Shown here one piece after another: positions 34,130 through 46,142 of a stretch of DNA of 64,000 nucleotides. The notes under the pieces are model-generated. The model saw nothing but the letters and a program-made list of their open reading frames with translations, was not told the DNA's origin and did not search any database. This DNA comes from Blastocladiella emersonii ATCC 22665 (taxonomy: Eukaryota > Fungi > Blastocladiomycota): contig JANHCV010000002.1 of assembly GCA_025594325.1 (NCBI GenBank), forward strand, positions 992,001 to 1,056,000, in the 5' to 3' direction. How positions within the stretch are numbered: the stretch's first letter is position 1; the number at the start of each line of letters is the position of its first letter. The position numbers and the translations under genes were made by a program.

Positions 34130-34534
34130 GTGCGAGTCGTGTTGCGGCTAGTTGCCGTGCTGGTATGAAGTCCAGCGGGTTGGGCATGTGCGGTTGCGGG
34201 GAGTCGCGGCCGCGCGGGCCGGCCGGAGCGAGCGAGGCGCGTGCTGCGCCAGGTCGGCGCGTCGGGAGACGCGCACGCGCGGTCACATGATTCCTTGACG
34301 CGTCTCGCATGTCTCGCGGCTCGCGTCTCGCGACTCGCATCCCGCACCGCACCGCGGGGGCCTTTGGTCAGTTCGGTAGGCAATCAGTCTCTCAGCTCCG
34401 GAGCAACGAAAACTCAAGACCGGTCCAGGGCGAAACTCATCAATGCCGTGCGTAGATCAAGGCTTGTCGCTACTGCTAGATCAACTCATGCGATCGTTAA
34501 TCATTCACTCAAAACACACGCATCGAATGAAATC

Positions 34535-36842
34535 ATGCAGCGCTCCGCACTGGATCCGACCTGCAACCCGCCTGCGTGGTTGCCCGCGGAGCTGATCAGC
34601 GTCATCCTGAAGCTTGCGACACCCTGCGTTGCGGTTGCCGCCGCATCGAGCCAACTCCTTGGCGAGGTCAACGACAGATCCGTTCGAAAGCACTGGATCT
34701 TTGCCGTTTGTGGGCGGCATCTCCGCTTGGCCAACGGGACACGCTGCCTAACACACAATGAACTGGCCCAACTTGTCAAGCTCAACGTCGGCTCCGCTAG
34801 GGCGATTGAGCGGGGCACACCTACCTCTGTTCCAGCTTCAACGGGACTCTTCTTCAACATGACCACCGTTCTGTGTCACAACTTCCGGCCTACAGACGTG
34901 ACCTCGGAGGGTTGCCTGCAGTACATCGCGGACCACCGCAGCAGGCAACCCGTCTTGCTGTCGAACCGCCCTTTCGGACTGCTTGTTCGGCTCCTATTCG
35001 CATCCGCCATTAGTGGCCAGATCGACGCTCTGCGTCAACTTCTCGATGGCATCGTGATTCACTGCCAGGAGCTCCTGGATGTTCAGCTCCCGTTTTCAAA
35101 GTGGGCATCCGTGATCAACATCTTTGAAAACGCGAACCCCAGCGACTTTGACCTGTCCGATACACCAATGCGTTTCAGGGATGCCCTATTCTTCTTCGCA
35201 ATCGCGACCTGGAATCGTCAAACATTCGAAATGTTCCTTGCCGATTCGCGCTACGCAACAGACTTCGCGACCGTTGTGACGCTTCTTTGCGCGGAGGAGC
35301 CGTATCACTTCGTCTGTTCAACCGCCGCTGCACGACCTCGGAGCTCCACGGACGTCACAGCTATACTTGTCTGGATTTTGCGCCACACATCCCGACTGTC
35401 AGACGACATATTTCAGCTCTACGTGCACTCAGCAGTTGCTCAAGGACCAGAGCCTTTGATCGCGTTGCTTTCCAAGCATCCGAACCGTGTCAAATCGGCA
35501 TTTGGCGCTGATCTGGGCACGAAGGTTTATGACCGGACCGTCGAGGCCGACTACTACGCTGATGTTGACGAGCGGTTTGCTGACCTTGGGACTTTCATTC
35601 TGGCCTGGTACGAGCACGACTTGCCGACTGCACATCTCCACCTGCTCAACAGGCACAGACTCGTTGCTTCGTGTTTGTGGGACCGCTTGCTTTCCGCCGC
35701 CTTTGCTCGCGGCGAGTCCTCGCTTGTTGAATGGCTTCACGAGCGCAGCACCTGCGAGGAATGGAAAGAGCGGATCCTGAATGGTGCGACACGAAGAAGT
35801 AATTTGCACCTTGGAATGCTCCACCGTTTGACCTATCGTGCTTCAAACTGTAGCGTACTCGCGAGCTCTTCAAGTCGCAGAAACACGCGAGACCGAGCGT
35901 GCCATCCTTCGCTTTGCACTCGCCTCGAATCCTCGATTCCCCATTCGTGCCCGAGATTTGCTCGAACAACTCACTTTGGGCGACTTTGTGCAAGAATTTC
36001 TCTCGAGCGCGATTGGTGAAGATGATGTATGGGAAGGGTGGGAGTGCTTCTTTCTCCTTGATCGCCAAGGCGAGTCCGTGCTCCCGTCCGGGTTTCTCGA
36101 GTCTCTCAGTCGCGCTGCCGCAAATGACGCTCGGATGTGGGCGACAGCGGTTGACTTGACGCGGCTCTTATCGTCCGCCTATACGATGAAGCACTCGAGA
36201 GGCGGTCTTCTGCGCTTGATCACGTCGTCCGGACTTGCGCACTGCTTGCTTCAAGTGGCGATTCGCACTTTCTTTTCGCCGGAGCGCGATCGTCCGAGTG
36301 CCCCTCAGTGGCTCAAGTACCTCACGAAAGATTGGTGCCCGGACAAAGTGTATCGTGACCGCTGCGAGTTTGTCGTTGCACTGGTCAATCTGTGCAGCAG
36401 TGTGCAGCTTTCATCGCTTGTGTCACTTGTCGATTGCGTGTGGTCTCGCTTGTGCACTCACGTTGCCAAAGGCCACGACGTGCTTGACCCCGCAGCTGAC
36501 GATGAAGCGAAGCTCATTGCTTATACGTTGTTCGCTGCTGATCCGCAGGGAGCGTTCAATGCTCTGTGCGAGGAGGTTGAGAACGCGAGCGGGGTCACGC
36601 TGGAGGTCTTTGGTTGCCTTCCAGACGGCAGATTTGATGGCCTAGTTGATCCCGAGTCGCTTGCAAAACTCGTCTGTAAAATGTCCACGTACCATGTCGG
36701 TGCGATTCTCTGTCCAGTCTGGGTCAACTGGTTCGTTGGTCAACTCGAGCGGGTTGCACATGCTGCGTTCGCAGTGCTGGACTCCAAGCGAACCGATTTG
36801 GACGACGACGAAGATTTAGAGGACCTATGTATTCTCACATAA
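34535..36842 (+). CDS. Lineage-specific protein: F-box-like N-terminus plus long helical (ankyrin-like?) region; intron 35799-35853
   Basis: LPAELISVILKLA start. A 55-nt GTAATT..TAG intron joins ORFs 34241-36019 and 35838-36842 in frame. Weak GC3 bias. Confidence 0.65.
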
Positions 36843-36914
36843 TTTAGTCTATGCTCATACACTTTCGTTACTACCGGTCAGTTACAAGTCTCGGTTGCCC
36901 AAAACGCGCGAGGG

Positions 36915-36934
36915 ACGCGTTGCGCCACTCACGT
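36915..36934 (+). repeat. Copy 1 of the ACGCGTTGCGCCAC-N-CACGT motif
   Basis: acgcgttgcgccactcacgt. Confidence 0.9.
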
Positions 36935-37058
36935 TTTGCTCCTATTGTAGTGAAATGTTCGTTTTTTTTTAAGCAGGCTGGAGCTCCATCCAAAACTGCC
37001 CAATAGTGACAGGAAAAAATTTCTAGCGCAACAATGCGATTGAACAAAAATTAGCTTA

Positions 37059-37858
37059 TTATGCCAGCGTGCCAGCTGCCAGGAGCGCTTCGGGGCCGCC
37101 GCCATGTTTGCCACCAGGGAACCGGCTCCGCGCGATCCGCTCGAGGTGGAACACAGTGGTCGAATGCGCGACCACGTCAATGCCGCTGTCGACCTCCAGC
37201 GGTAGTGGCCCATCGCTGTCCGCGGGCACAAGTCGAATCACACGCGCGGGCGGATCCGTCGGCAGCTCGACGAGCGCGAGCGTGGTGCGCTGGAGTAGAT
37301 CGACCGACGCGGTCCCGTCAGCGACGCTCGCCTGCGGCTCTTCGCCAGGGTTTCGCGGGCGGAACGCGAACTCACACATGGCAGCGAGCGCGATGCCGTG
37401 TATGCCGCTCCATCCGAGCAGCGACGAGAACGTGTACACGGCGAGCAGGGCGGCGATCAACACGGCGAGTTCGGAGATGTCGACGCCAACGACCGTCTGG
37501 ATGAACACCTGCGGGCCGTCCTTGACCACGTAGCTCGGCATGCTCGCAATCTGACGCACACAGCCGCCGCTGCGCGCCGTCGTGAGCGTGGTCGCGGCCC
37601 AGTCGTCGCCTGGCGCCAACGCTTCGGGCGTGAGGCTCTCGATCCCAGCGCTGCGCACAAGCTGCTGGCGGACGCGCAAGAGCGCCGTAGTCCAGAGCGA
37701 CGTACGGGACTCGCGGTTCACCACCTGGTCGTTGAGGCACCGTAGCGAGATGGGCCAGTTCTGGGGAACCTACTGGACGGTGCCGACCATGTCGATGAAC
37801 GAGCTCATGTCCGCGTCGAGCCGAGCTTTCAAATTGACGTGGAATTTCGCAAGCAATC
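37059..37858 (-). pseudogene. Degenerate orphan ORF with in-frame TAG at 37772-37770
   Basis: RLLAKFHVNLKARLDADMSSFIDMVGTVQ*VPQNWPISLRCLNDQVVNRESRT... reads in frame into the 221-aa ORF 37059-37724. Confidence 0.45.
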
Positions 37859-37886
37859 TACATCCGCCGACAGTCCGATCACCTCG

Positions 37887-37950
37887 ACGCGTTGCGCCAC
37901 GCACGTGATTGATCGTCGCGTCTCACGTCACCCGCATCCCGCGCTCGTTC
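37887..37950 (+). repeat. Copy 2 of the motif, with extended blocks CG[AT]CGCGTCT and CATCC..CGCTCGTTC
   Basis: acgcgttgcgccacgcacgtgattgatcgtcgcgtct...catcccgcgctcgttc. Confidence 0.9.
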
Positions 37951-38500
37951 CCGCTTGCAGTTACCACCATGAGTAATCATGGTTATGAGGCGGGTTTTTT
38001 TTTGGAAACTATTATACCCTGTACGAGCTTAAACAGAAAATGCCATCAGGTCCGACGTGGATGTCGCGTTGTGCCGATTGTTTTGAAGTTTGCTATCAGC
38101 TCCGAGCCACTTCAAGGACAACCTGCCCCGCCATCACTGAGATGTGCGGACGGAACTTCGTGACCCGAATTGGCGGACTCAGTGCCAGGCGACCGGGTTT
38201 GCCGGCTGAGCAACCCGGCGCCAGGGACACGGCGTCAGATCGGTCCAAGCTTCTGCGAAGCCGACGGCGTCGCCACACTTGTGACGGCTCAAAACGCCAG
38301 GTAATTTCCTCTCCATCATCAGTGGCGCTCTATTCCTGAAGCCCGAGGGCGGCGACAGTGGTCAGGGCCATCAGCAGGGCATCAATGACCCTGGTCCACG
38401 TTGGCCGCGACGGCTAGGGATCGTGCCCAGATTGAGAGAGGGTGAGTGCGCGCGGAGGGTGGGGGAGAGCGCGCACCGAGGCCGAGGCGCTGAGAAATGA

Positions 38501-38506
38501 TATAAA
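38501..38506 (+). promoter_or_regulatory. TATA box
   Basis: TATAAA about 100 nt upstream of ATG 38608. Confidence 0.5.
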
Positions 38507-38607
38507 GCTCGGCCATCGCCGCCGCTCAAGTGCCGCACATCGTTCAGAAGCGTCGCCTCGCAAATTTCGCCTGCCTTTGTTCCTCCTCTGACCCCGCTCC
38601 TTCGACC

Positions 38608-39464
38608 ATGTCCGGCCCTGGGCTCTCGACCACCACCATCTTCGTCGGCGACGTCGGCGACGGCGTCGCTGGCGTTTCGGCCGCTCTCTACCCGACGATG
38701 AAGGCGGGCAAGAAGATCGCCGGGATCACCAAGGGCGCTATCCCAAACGGCCGCGCGTGCGTCGCCGCGTGCGACAAGGACCCGACCTGCTACTACCCGT
38801 ACCTCGAGGTCGTCAACGCCACGTTCATGCAGTGTGCTCTCGAGACCACGGGCGACAACACGAACGCGGCGCCGCCCGTGACCAACCCCAAGATCCGTGC
38901 GTGCGCGCTTGAGAAGTTTGGGCCGTACATGCCCGCCTCGATGGTCTCCGGCGACATCTGGCTGACGGGCACGCCGTCTGCGCCCACGCCGACGGCCGGC
39001 CCCGCTGCCGACGCGGCGGCGAGCAACGCTACGGTCGCGGTCACCAAGGACATGATCGAGTGCGTCGCGCCGCGCTACTACGGCAAGTCGGGCGAGGTCA
39101 AGAACACGACCTGGTCGGGTGCCGCGACGCGTGCGCCAAGAACTCGACGTGCTACGCAGCTAACTACTTCACGGACACGGGCTCCTGCCTCACGATGAAC
39201 GTTGGCAACGTCGAGGGCCTGGTCGGCGGCTGGCCGCCGAACGCGATCCGGATCTGGGCGGCTAACACGACCAAGGACCAGACGCGCGGTCGGACCGATA
39301 TTGCTGACCTGGACAAGGCCCTCCTCGACCACCAGGCCGCCATGGCCAAGGATCCAGTTGCGACCAACGTTGCGTCGGACGCGGACGGTTGTCCGAGTGT
39401 CAAGCGCGCCATTGTCGGAGTGATGTGGATGATGATGCTGGGCATGTCGCTGATCGCAGTCTGA
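38608..39464 (+). pseudogene. PAN/apple-like two-domain Cys protein with C-terminal hydrophobic tail, broken by a 1-nt frameshift near 39113 (pseudogene or sequence error)
   Basis: CVAACDKDPTCY in frame 1 and GCRDACAKNSTCYAANY...GSC in another frame; adding one G at acctggtcggg restores TWVGCRDAC. Confidence 0.55.
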
Positions 39465-39872
39465 CGGGTTATACACGAAGGTGTGCGAGACAATCGCAGT
39501 TTTTTCCTCTCTCAAATCTTACATTTTGCTTTACGCTGAGGCAGCTCGGCTCGTGAGCTTGAAAGTCGAGTCGAAGCGACGTGCGACCACTGAGCGCTTC
39601 TATGACAGCGAAACGGGCCTGCGCTGTACTGATTCGCGCGATCTGATCTGGCCTCGTCGATTGCAATCAGCCTGTCAACCTCAGTGCACCATACTTGGGA
39701 GCCGCACTGACCTTCAGAATAGGGTGGTGATCGTCCGGATGATCCGCTACCATGCGGTAATCGAGGACGCGAGGGTGTGGCTCTCCCGTCAGTCAGAAGC
39801 AAAAAGTTCGACGACGCGGGCCCCCTCTCTCCGTAGTACGGATCCCACTGACCTGCAATGAAAAACTACTTG

Positions 39873-41105
39873 ATGCAACGGCTAAGAGATGATTCAACAA
39901 GCCAAGTGCTGGAAATTCTCCCCGCGGAGCTCGTAACTGCCGTCCTTCAGCTCGCAGAGCCGCGGGCTGTGCTAGCCGCTGCCTCGACCTTGCTACACGC
40001 GATCGCGGCAGACGAGCCTGTTCGCTTGGCGACAGTGGTCCAGCGGATTGTTCCTTCACCCGGATGTACCAAGTGGAACTGCGCAGCCCTACAAGAGCTT
40101 CATACGGCCGACCTCCGACCTGCTGCGTTGAAGAAACCGAACGACCTTTATCGAGCACCACAGTTGCGGGTGCTTGCACCAAAGCCAATTTATGCCAACC
40201 TGGCCATTTTCTTCCTACGCCGTGTTCGCCGGAGCAGTTTTGACGCAAACACCATTCGTCAGAGCTTTGACAAACGAAACCGGGCACCAATGCACCCTGC
40301 TGTGCTCGTCGGAATCGTCACTGCGTGCGTTTCGTTCGGCTGGATGGACCTGGTGCAAGAGCTACTCAATCGCGTCGCTACCGAGTATCCACAACTGCTC
40401 GACATCCGTTTGGGGCTCATGGAGTGGGTCGCACAGATTTACGACTATCACTTCTACCCATACGATCTTGACAGTGCTGACTACGACCTGCCCGAGATAT
40501 CTCTGCGATTCATTGACTTTCTGTGCTATTTCGCCATGTTTACAACGGACTCGCCGACCTTCCCTTTGCTTCCCGCACCACAAAGCCGACCCAGTTGCTC
40601 TCATTGCGCTGCTATGCGCTGGAGACGCGCCCAAGTTCACTATCGCTCGAACGGACTTGAGCGAGGCTTCCCTCCCAAACTTCAATTGGGTCCTGGTCCT
40701 TGATCGCGGGCATCTGCTGCGATGTGCGCTTCCCGCCGCGACTTGCGTTGTTTATGATGCGCTCTGCAATCCATCGGTCACCGCCTCGGTTATTGCGTCA
40801 TGGTATTGCGTCCGGCGGCTTCCCCTTCAATCTTCAGCCGAGTCCTTGATCGCGGGCAACGACTGACGGAATCCAGGACATATAACACGAGCTAGCCTTC
40901 ACTCGAAAAGTGCTCGATCTTCAACCTGTGGACTGGATTCACCTCTAGGAAGTCGGTCGAATGTTTCCGCGCTCCCGGCGTTCACGGGCTCATCGCCCAT
41001 GGTCGTTAGGAAGCATTACTCGAAGCCGCCGCCGAGCGCGGTAAGTACGAAAGCAAAATTGTTGCGCAGCTTCACAAGGAGTTCGCTTGTTGCTCGGATC
41101 CGTGA
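39873..41105 (+). pseudogene. Decayed paralog of the 34535 F-box-like gene
   Basis: LPAELVTAVLQLAEP..AAAS; QLLDIRLGLMEW ~ ELLDVQLPFSKW; DYDLPEISLRFIDFLCYFA ~ DFDLSDTPMRFRDALFFFA; frameshift near 40570; ALLEAAAERG..ESKIVAQLH ~ RLLSAAFARGESSLVEWLH, with stops at 41007 and 41103. Confidence 0.75.
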
Positions 41106-41289
41106 TGCCGCAGCTGATTCAAGCGTTCGCCGAGATGTTCTTGTAAGTCGCCTGGGCCGTTTGGCGCTCCCCCACTCCTTGTCCCTCTCCGTGATTGAAT
41201 GCATCCCATGCCGTGATTCTTGATCGTACTCAAGCACTTGGAAAGTGACAAACGAGACCCGGAACGTTCGCGCATGAGTGGGCTCAACT

Positions 41290-41359
41290 ACGCGTTGCGC
41301 CACACACGTGCAGCTGCGACGCGTCTTTCGCTTACTCTCGACGCCATCCTCGCTCGTTC
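41290..41359 (+). repeat. Copy 3 of the motif, with the same extended blocks as copy 2
   Basis: acgcgttgcgccacacacgtgcagctgcgacgcgtct...catcctcgctcgttc. Confidence 0.9.
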
Positions 41360-41528
41360 GTCCTCGCGCTCCCATAAACCGTCCCGTATAAGCCTTCGCG
41401 ACGCTGCGAGAGTGAACAAAACTCTCGCCCGCTCGTTCGGGCGGGCCTCAAGAAGTGCATTGCCTACTCATGACACAAAAAAAATCCTATACTCGTCGTC
41501 ATCTCGACCCCGACTCTCAAGTTGCTAC

Positions 41529-44500
41529 TTACATGTGGTGCGGCTGGCGCCCGTGGCTGCTGCTGCTGACGCGCGGGCGCTTGGCGGGCCGGCCGCCGTC
41601 GCCGCCGCCACCGTCCATCATCCCGCCACCACTGCTATTGCCCATGAACTGGTGCTGTGGGTGCTGGTGCTGCGAGTGCTGGTGCTGGTGCTGCGGGTGC
41701 CCAAGCATGCCGCCCATCTGCTGCTGCTGGTGGTGGTGATGATGGTGCTGCTGCTGCTGCTGCATGTACTGCCCAGCGAACCCGCCGCCGCCGCCACCGC
41801 CGTTGCCGCCCACCATGAGGTCCGACGCGCTCGCGGCGCCCGCGTCGTGCTGCTGCTGCTGCTGCGGCTGGTACATGAGCCCCGTCGTGTCAAAGTTGGA
41901 CGCGAGGAGGGCGTCAACGGCCTGGACGTTCGTGAACGACCGCACGCCGCCGCCGCCGCCCATGCCGGCGGGCGCGAGGAGCGGGGCACCACCGCCGCCG
42001 GGTTTGGACCCGGGCGCGCCCATGGACTGCTGCTGCTGCTGAGGCCGGCTGAGCATCCCGGACACGAGATCGACGCCGCTGCTCGCGCCGCTCGGATTGC
42101 TCGTGGTCGGGAGCCCCGAGTCGGTGCCGCCCATGGCGGCGGCGGCAGCTGCAGCGGCGGCCGCGGCGGCCGAGTTGGTGAACGACTGGAACGCGGCGAG
42201 CGAGGTGGCGCTGCCGCTGAGGTCGGCGCCGTCGGGACTGCTGAGCCCCTGCTGCGACTGCTGCTGCTGCGACTGGGACTGCTGCGGCTGCGTCGTGAAC
42301 TGGAACTGCGACGCGGCGGCCTGATCCTGCTGCAGGTGGAGGAGGAGTTGCTCCATGGGTTTGCTGGTCGGCGCCGCGTTACGCCTGCCCGTCTGCTGGG
42401 GCTGCTGCGGGGGCGCGGGCTGGAACGGCGGGATCGGGTTGCCGGGACCGCGGGCGGACTGCTGCTGGTGCTGCTGTTGCTGCTGCTGCTGCTGCGCGGA
42501 GAACATGCCCGCCATGCCGCCCTGCGCCTGCTGCTGCTGCTGCTGGTCCATATCGCCGAACGCGCCGGCACCGCCCGCATCGCCGCCGAGGAACTGCTGC
42601 TGCTGTTGTTGCTGCTGCTGTTGAGCCCCACCGTCCATGCCGGTGAGCCCGAGCGGGATCTGGCCCGACGCCGCGAGCCCGACGAGGTCCGCGGCGTTCG
42701 CGAGCGAGCCGAACGGGCCGGAGACCGCGGCCGCCGCCGCCGCCGCTGCAGCCGCCGCAGCCACCGCGGACGCGTTGGTCGAGGGCGCCATGAGCCGGCC
42801 GTCGCCGACCTGCTCGATCTCGTCGCCGTCGTCGACCTGGTCGACCTCGCTGAGCGACGGCTCGGTGTCGATGCCGCCAATGCGGCGGTCGTGCTGCTTC
42901 TTCTGCTGGTCGGACGCGAGCGGCTCGTCGTCGGGCAGCTCGGTAATGCGGCCGGACGACGACTGGTACCCGATGCGGCCAGCGGCGCCGGGCCCGCCGG
43001 CCGCGGCCGCGTTGCCCGTGGCGGCGGCGGCGAGGAACCCGATGCGGCCCGCGGGCCCGCCCATGCTCATGCCGACGCCGAGGCGCATGCTGGAGGGGAC
43101 AGCGGCGCCGGACGTCGCGGCGGCGGCGGCCGCAGCCGCGTTGCCGTGCTGGCGGAGGTGCGCACAGAAACGCTCAATGACGGCCTTGAGGGCGAGCTTG
43201 GAGAAGGGTTTGGGCAGCACCTCGTCCATGCCGTGGGCGAGGTAGGTCATGCGGTCGCCCTCGGACGTGTTGGACGTCATGGGGATGATGGGCGTCCACG
43301 TGTTGAACTGGCGGATCTGCGACGCCGCCGAGACGCCGTCGAGGTTGGGCATGACAATGTCCATGAGCACCATGTCGTACTGGCCCGCGTTCATGCGGTG
43401 CACGGCCGCGAGCCCGTCCTGCGCCACGTCGAACTGGCACCCGAAGATCTGCAGCAGCTTGCCCGACAGCTTGCGGCAGATGGCGTCGTCCTCGACCAGA
43501 AGCACGCGCGGCGGCGTGTCCCACTGGAACGCCGGGGTCGCGGCCGCCGACGGGTTGGCGCGCACCGCGGGACTGCTGAGCGTCAGCGGCGCGCCGCCCT
43601 GCATCGCCGACGAGGGCGGCGGCGGCAGCGGGAACGGCGGCGGGTTGACCTGGACCGACGACGCCGACGCGGACGGCGCGGGCTGCGCCGCCTGCGCCTG
43701 CTGCGGATTGGACGGGAAGAACTGCGACTGCGCCTGCGACTGCTGCGCCTGCTGCTGCTGCATCTGCTTCTGCAGCGACATGGCGGTGCCCGTGTTGGTC
43801 GGGATCCCTTGCGGCGCGCGCGGGATGCCGCCGAACGGCCGCCCCGCCGCCGCCGTGTCCTTGGTTCCGCCGACGGGCGGCGACACGTGCTGCTGCTGCT
43901 GGGTGTTGGACGACTGCTGCTGCTGCCACTGGTTGCTGCCGCTGTTCCCACGCACCCCAGCCCCGCGGCCGGAGATCGGCGCGCGGTGGTGATGGTGGTG
44001 GTGGCTCGGCGGCGGGGGCGCGAGGTCATCGCCGCCGTACCCGTACTCGTCGTGCGGCGGCGGGGGCGGGGGCGGCGGGACGTCGTCGTACTCGTCCGCG
44101 TACCGCGGGCGCGGAGGCACGCGGCCGGCGCCGGCGCCGCGGCGGTCGGGGCCCGGGTAATACGGGTCGACTATGGCGGGCTCGTCGGCGGCGCCGCTGC
44201 CGCGGTACGGGTCGCGCGCCGAGGCGCCGCCGTTGCGGAGGTGCGGGGGCGGCCCGCCGGGCCCGCCGCCGTACGGCGGGTACCGGTCGTCGGCGGGGTA
44301 CCCGCCGCGCGCAGCGCTGCTGCCGCTGCCACCGGGCGGTGGCGGGTGCGCGTGGTGGTCCCACGGGCCGCCGACGGCGTCGTGGTGGTACGGGTCGCGA
44401 GGGCCGCCGGATCGCGGGCCGCCGGCGGCGCCGGGCGCGTGCGGGTAACGGCGCGAGCCGGGCGGCGGCGGGTGGTGCGCGTCGACGGCCATGTCGTCGG

Positions 44501-46142
44501 GGGCGTAGCCGTGGTCGAGGTGGCGCGGGTGGTCGCGGGGGCGGCCGCGCGGGCGGAGTGGCGACGCCGAGGTGGCGGTGGTGTCTAGCGCGGCGGCGGA
44601 GGCGACGAGCGGGTTGCCCGACTCGAGGCGGCGGCCGAGGTCCGAGGCCATGTGCGAGCGCAGCGCGTCGTGGTGCTGCTGTGCGAGGTGGCGGAGCGCG
44701 TCGTGGTTGCCGTAGCGGTCGCCCGAGTCTGGTTTGGGGGAAGTGCGTTAGCGTCCGGCCGAGAGCGAAGCGAGTAAGGGGAAGAGCGTACAGTAGTGGG
44801 CATTCGAACTCGCGAGCGTGTCGGCCATCTCCTGGAGCAGGCGCTCCTGCGTGACAAACAGCTTGCGCATGGCGAGCAGCTCGTCGACGACGATCTTGTA
44901 ATTGCGGTCCATGCGCTGGATGTACGCGTCCATGTCGACGTGGTACCGGGCCACGTCCTCGAGCTGCGCCGCGAGCTCGGCCGTGGTCGGCCCGTTGGTG
45001 GGCGGGAGCGGGAACATGCCGCCGCGGTGCGGCGGGCGCGTCGACGGCTGGTGGTGGAAGTGGCCGCCGCTGCCCGTGCCGCTCCCGGCGCCGCTGTTGC
45101 CCGTGTGGTGCGTGCCCGTCGGCGCGGCCATGGCGGGTTCGGGAGGCGACGCGCGGTTGCCGGCAGACGTGGCGGGCAGGACGCGGCGAGCATCGGCGGA
45201 CCCGCGGGCGGGGGGATCGGCGCGCGAGCCCGAGGCGGACGACGCGGCGGGCGCGGCAGCAGCGGGGGCAGGAGCCGCCTCGGCGGCGGCGTTGTTGGCG
45301 CGGGCGGCCTTGGACGAGGAGGTGGGCTTGCGCGAGATGTGCTCGAGCAGCTCGGGGCGGTGGAGCTGGAAGTTGGGGTGGTTGAACTCCCAGGCGAGGT
45401 CGCCGTAGGGCCGGCGGCCGTCGTCGTACTTGACCTTGTGGAAGTCGTACTTGTTGAGCTGGCGCACAAACGACGAGAAGTTGTTGTGCTTGAAGTGGCG
45501 CGGCAGCACGTCGCGGGCGAACACGTTGGGGTCGGTGACGACGAAGGAGGTGCCGTCGGGCGACCACGACACGGCCTCGCGGTTGTCGGGGCTCTCGAGC
45601 ATGCGGAACAGCTTCTTGACAAAGTCGGGGATCCCGACCGAGATGGCGAGCCGCAGGCGCGCCGCCGTCAGCGACTCGGGCGTGGTGCGGGCCTCGAGGC
45701 GCGCCGTGGCGGCGGCCGCGCTCATGGACGCGGTCATGGCGAGCCCCGTGGGCGTGCCGCTGAGCGCCGACGAGGACGACGCCGCGGTGCCCGTGGTCGC
45801 GCCCGACGATGCGCCGCCGGCCGGCGTGGTCGGATCGACGTCCATGTCGTTGCTGCCGGCACCGGCGGCACCCGTGCCCGCGGGACGGCGCTCGTCGTCG
45901 TCGTCGTCATCATCATCGTCATCCTCGTTGTCGAGCTCGTTGGGGTCAGCGTCAGCGCCGCGGGCGGCCGTGTCGAGCGGGTGCTGGGGGCCGCTGCCGG
46001 ACGGCGCGGCAATGGGGTGTCGCAGGCCCGACGGCAGCGGCAGCGGCGGTGGTGGTGGTGGTGGTGGGGGCGCGGCCGACCCGGCGGCGGCGGCAGCGTC
46101 GCGGCCGTTCGCGAGCGGGCGCGCAAAGGGTTGCTGGTGCAT
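41529..46142 (-). CDS. SKN7: Skn7/Prr1-type HSF DNA-binding domain plus response-regulator receiver; intron 44791-44729
   Basis: FVKKLFRMLE..VSWSPDGTSFVV..FARDVLPRHFKHNNFSSFVRQLNKYDFHKV; coiled coil; RVLLVEDDAIC..YDMVLMDIVMPNLDG..TPIIPMTSN..GMDEVLPKPF; poly-Q tracts. Confidence 0.93.

Noticed and set aside
4338-37772. TAG reassignment or readthrough suggested by two in-frame TAGs
   Set aside because: VPS25, the Rua1-like gene and CEP135 end in TAG at plausible termini. Both interrupted genes show other signs of decay or have no support as functional genes.
36915-41359. CRISPR-like array from the three 20-bp repeats
   Set aside because: Spacing is about 0.95 and 3.4 kb, the context is eukaryotic and no cas genes are present.
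34400-41450. Bacterial contamination or a prophage as the explanation for the low-GC island
   Set aside because: The intact island gene has a spliceosomal intron, the island is contiguous with host genes, and no phage or bacterial hallmark genes were seen.
41220-44588. 1122-aa plus-strand ORF and similar long ORFs (11090-13051, 9928-11730, 31304-32683, 49748-51793, 53199-54632)
   Set aside because: Antisense or alternative-frame shadows of real genes, expected from stop-codon scarcity in very GC-rich DNA; Arg/Ala/Gly-rich with no domains.
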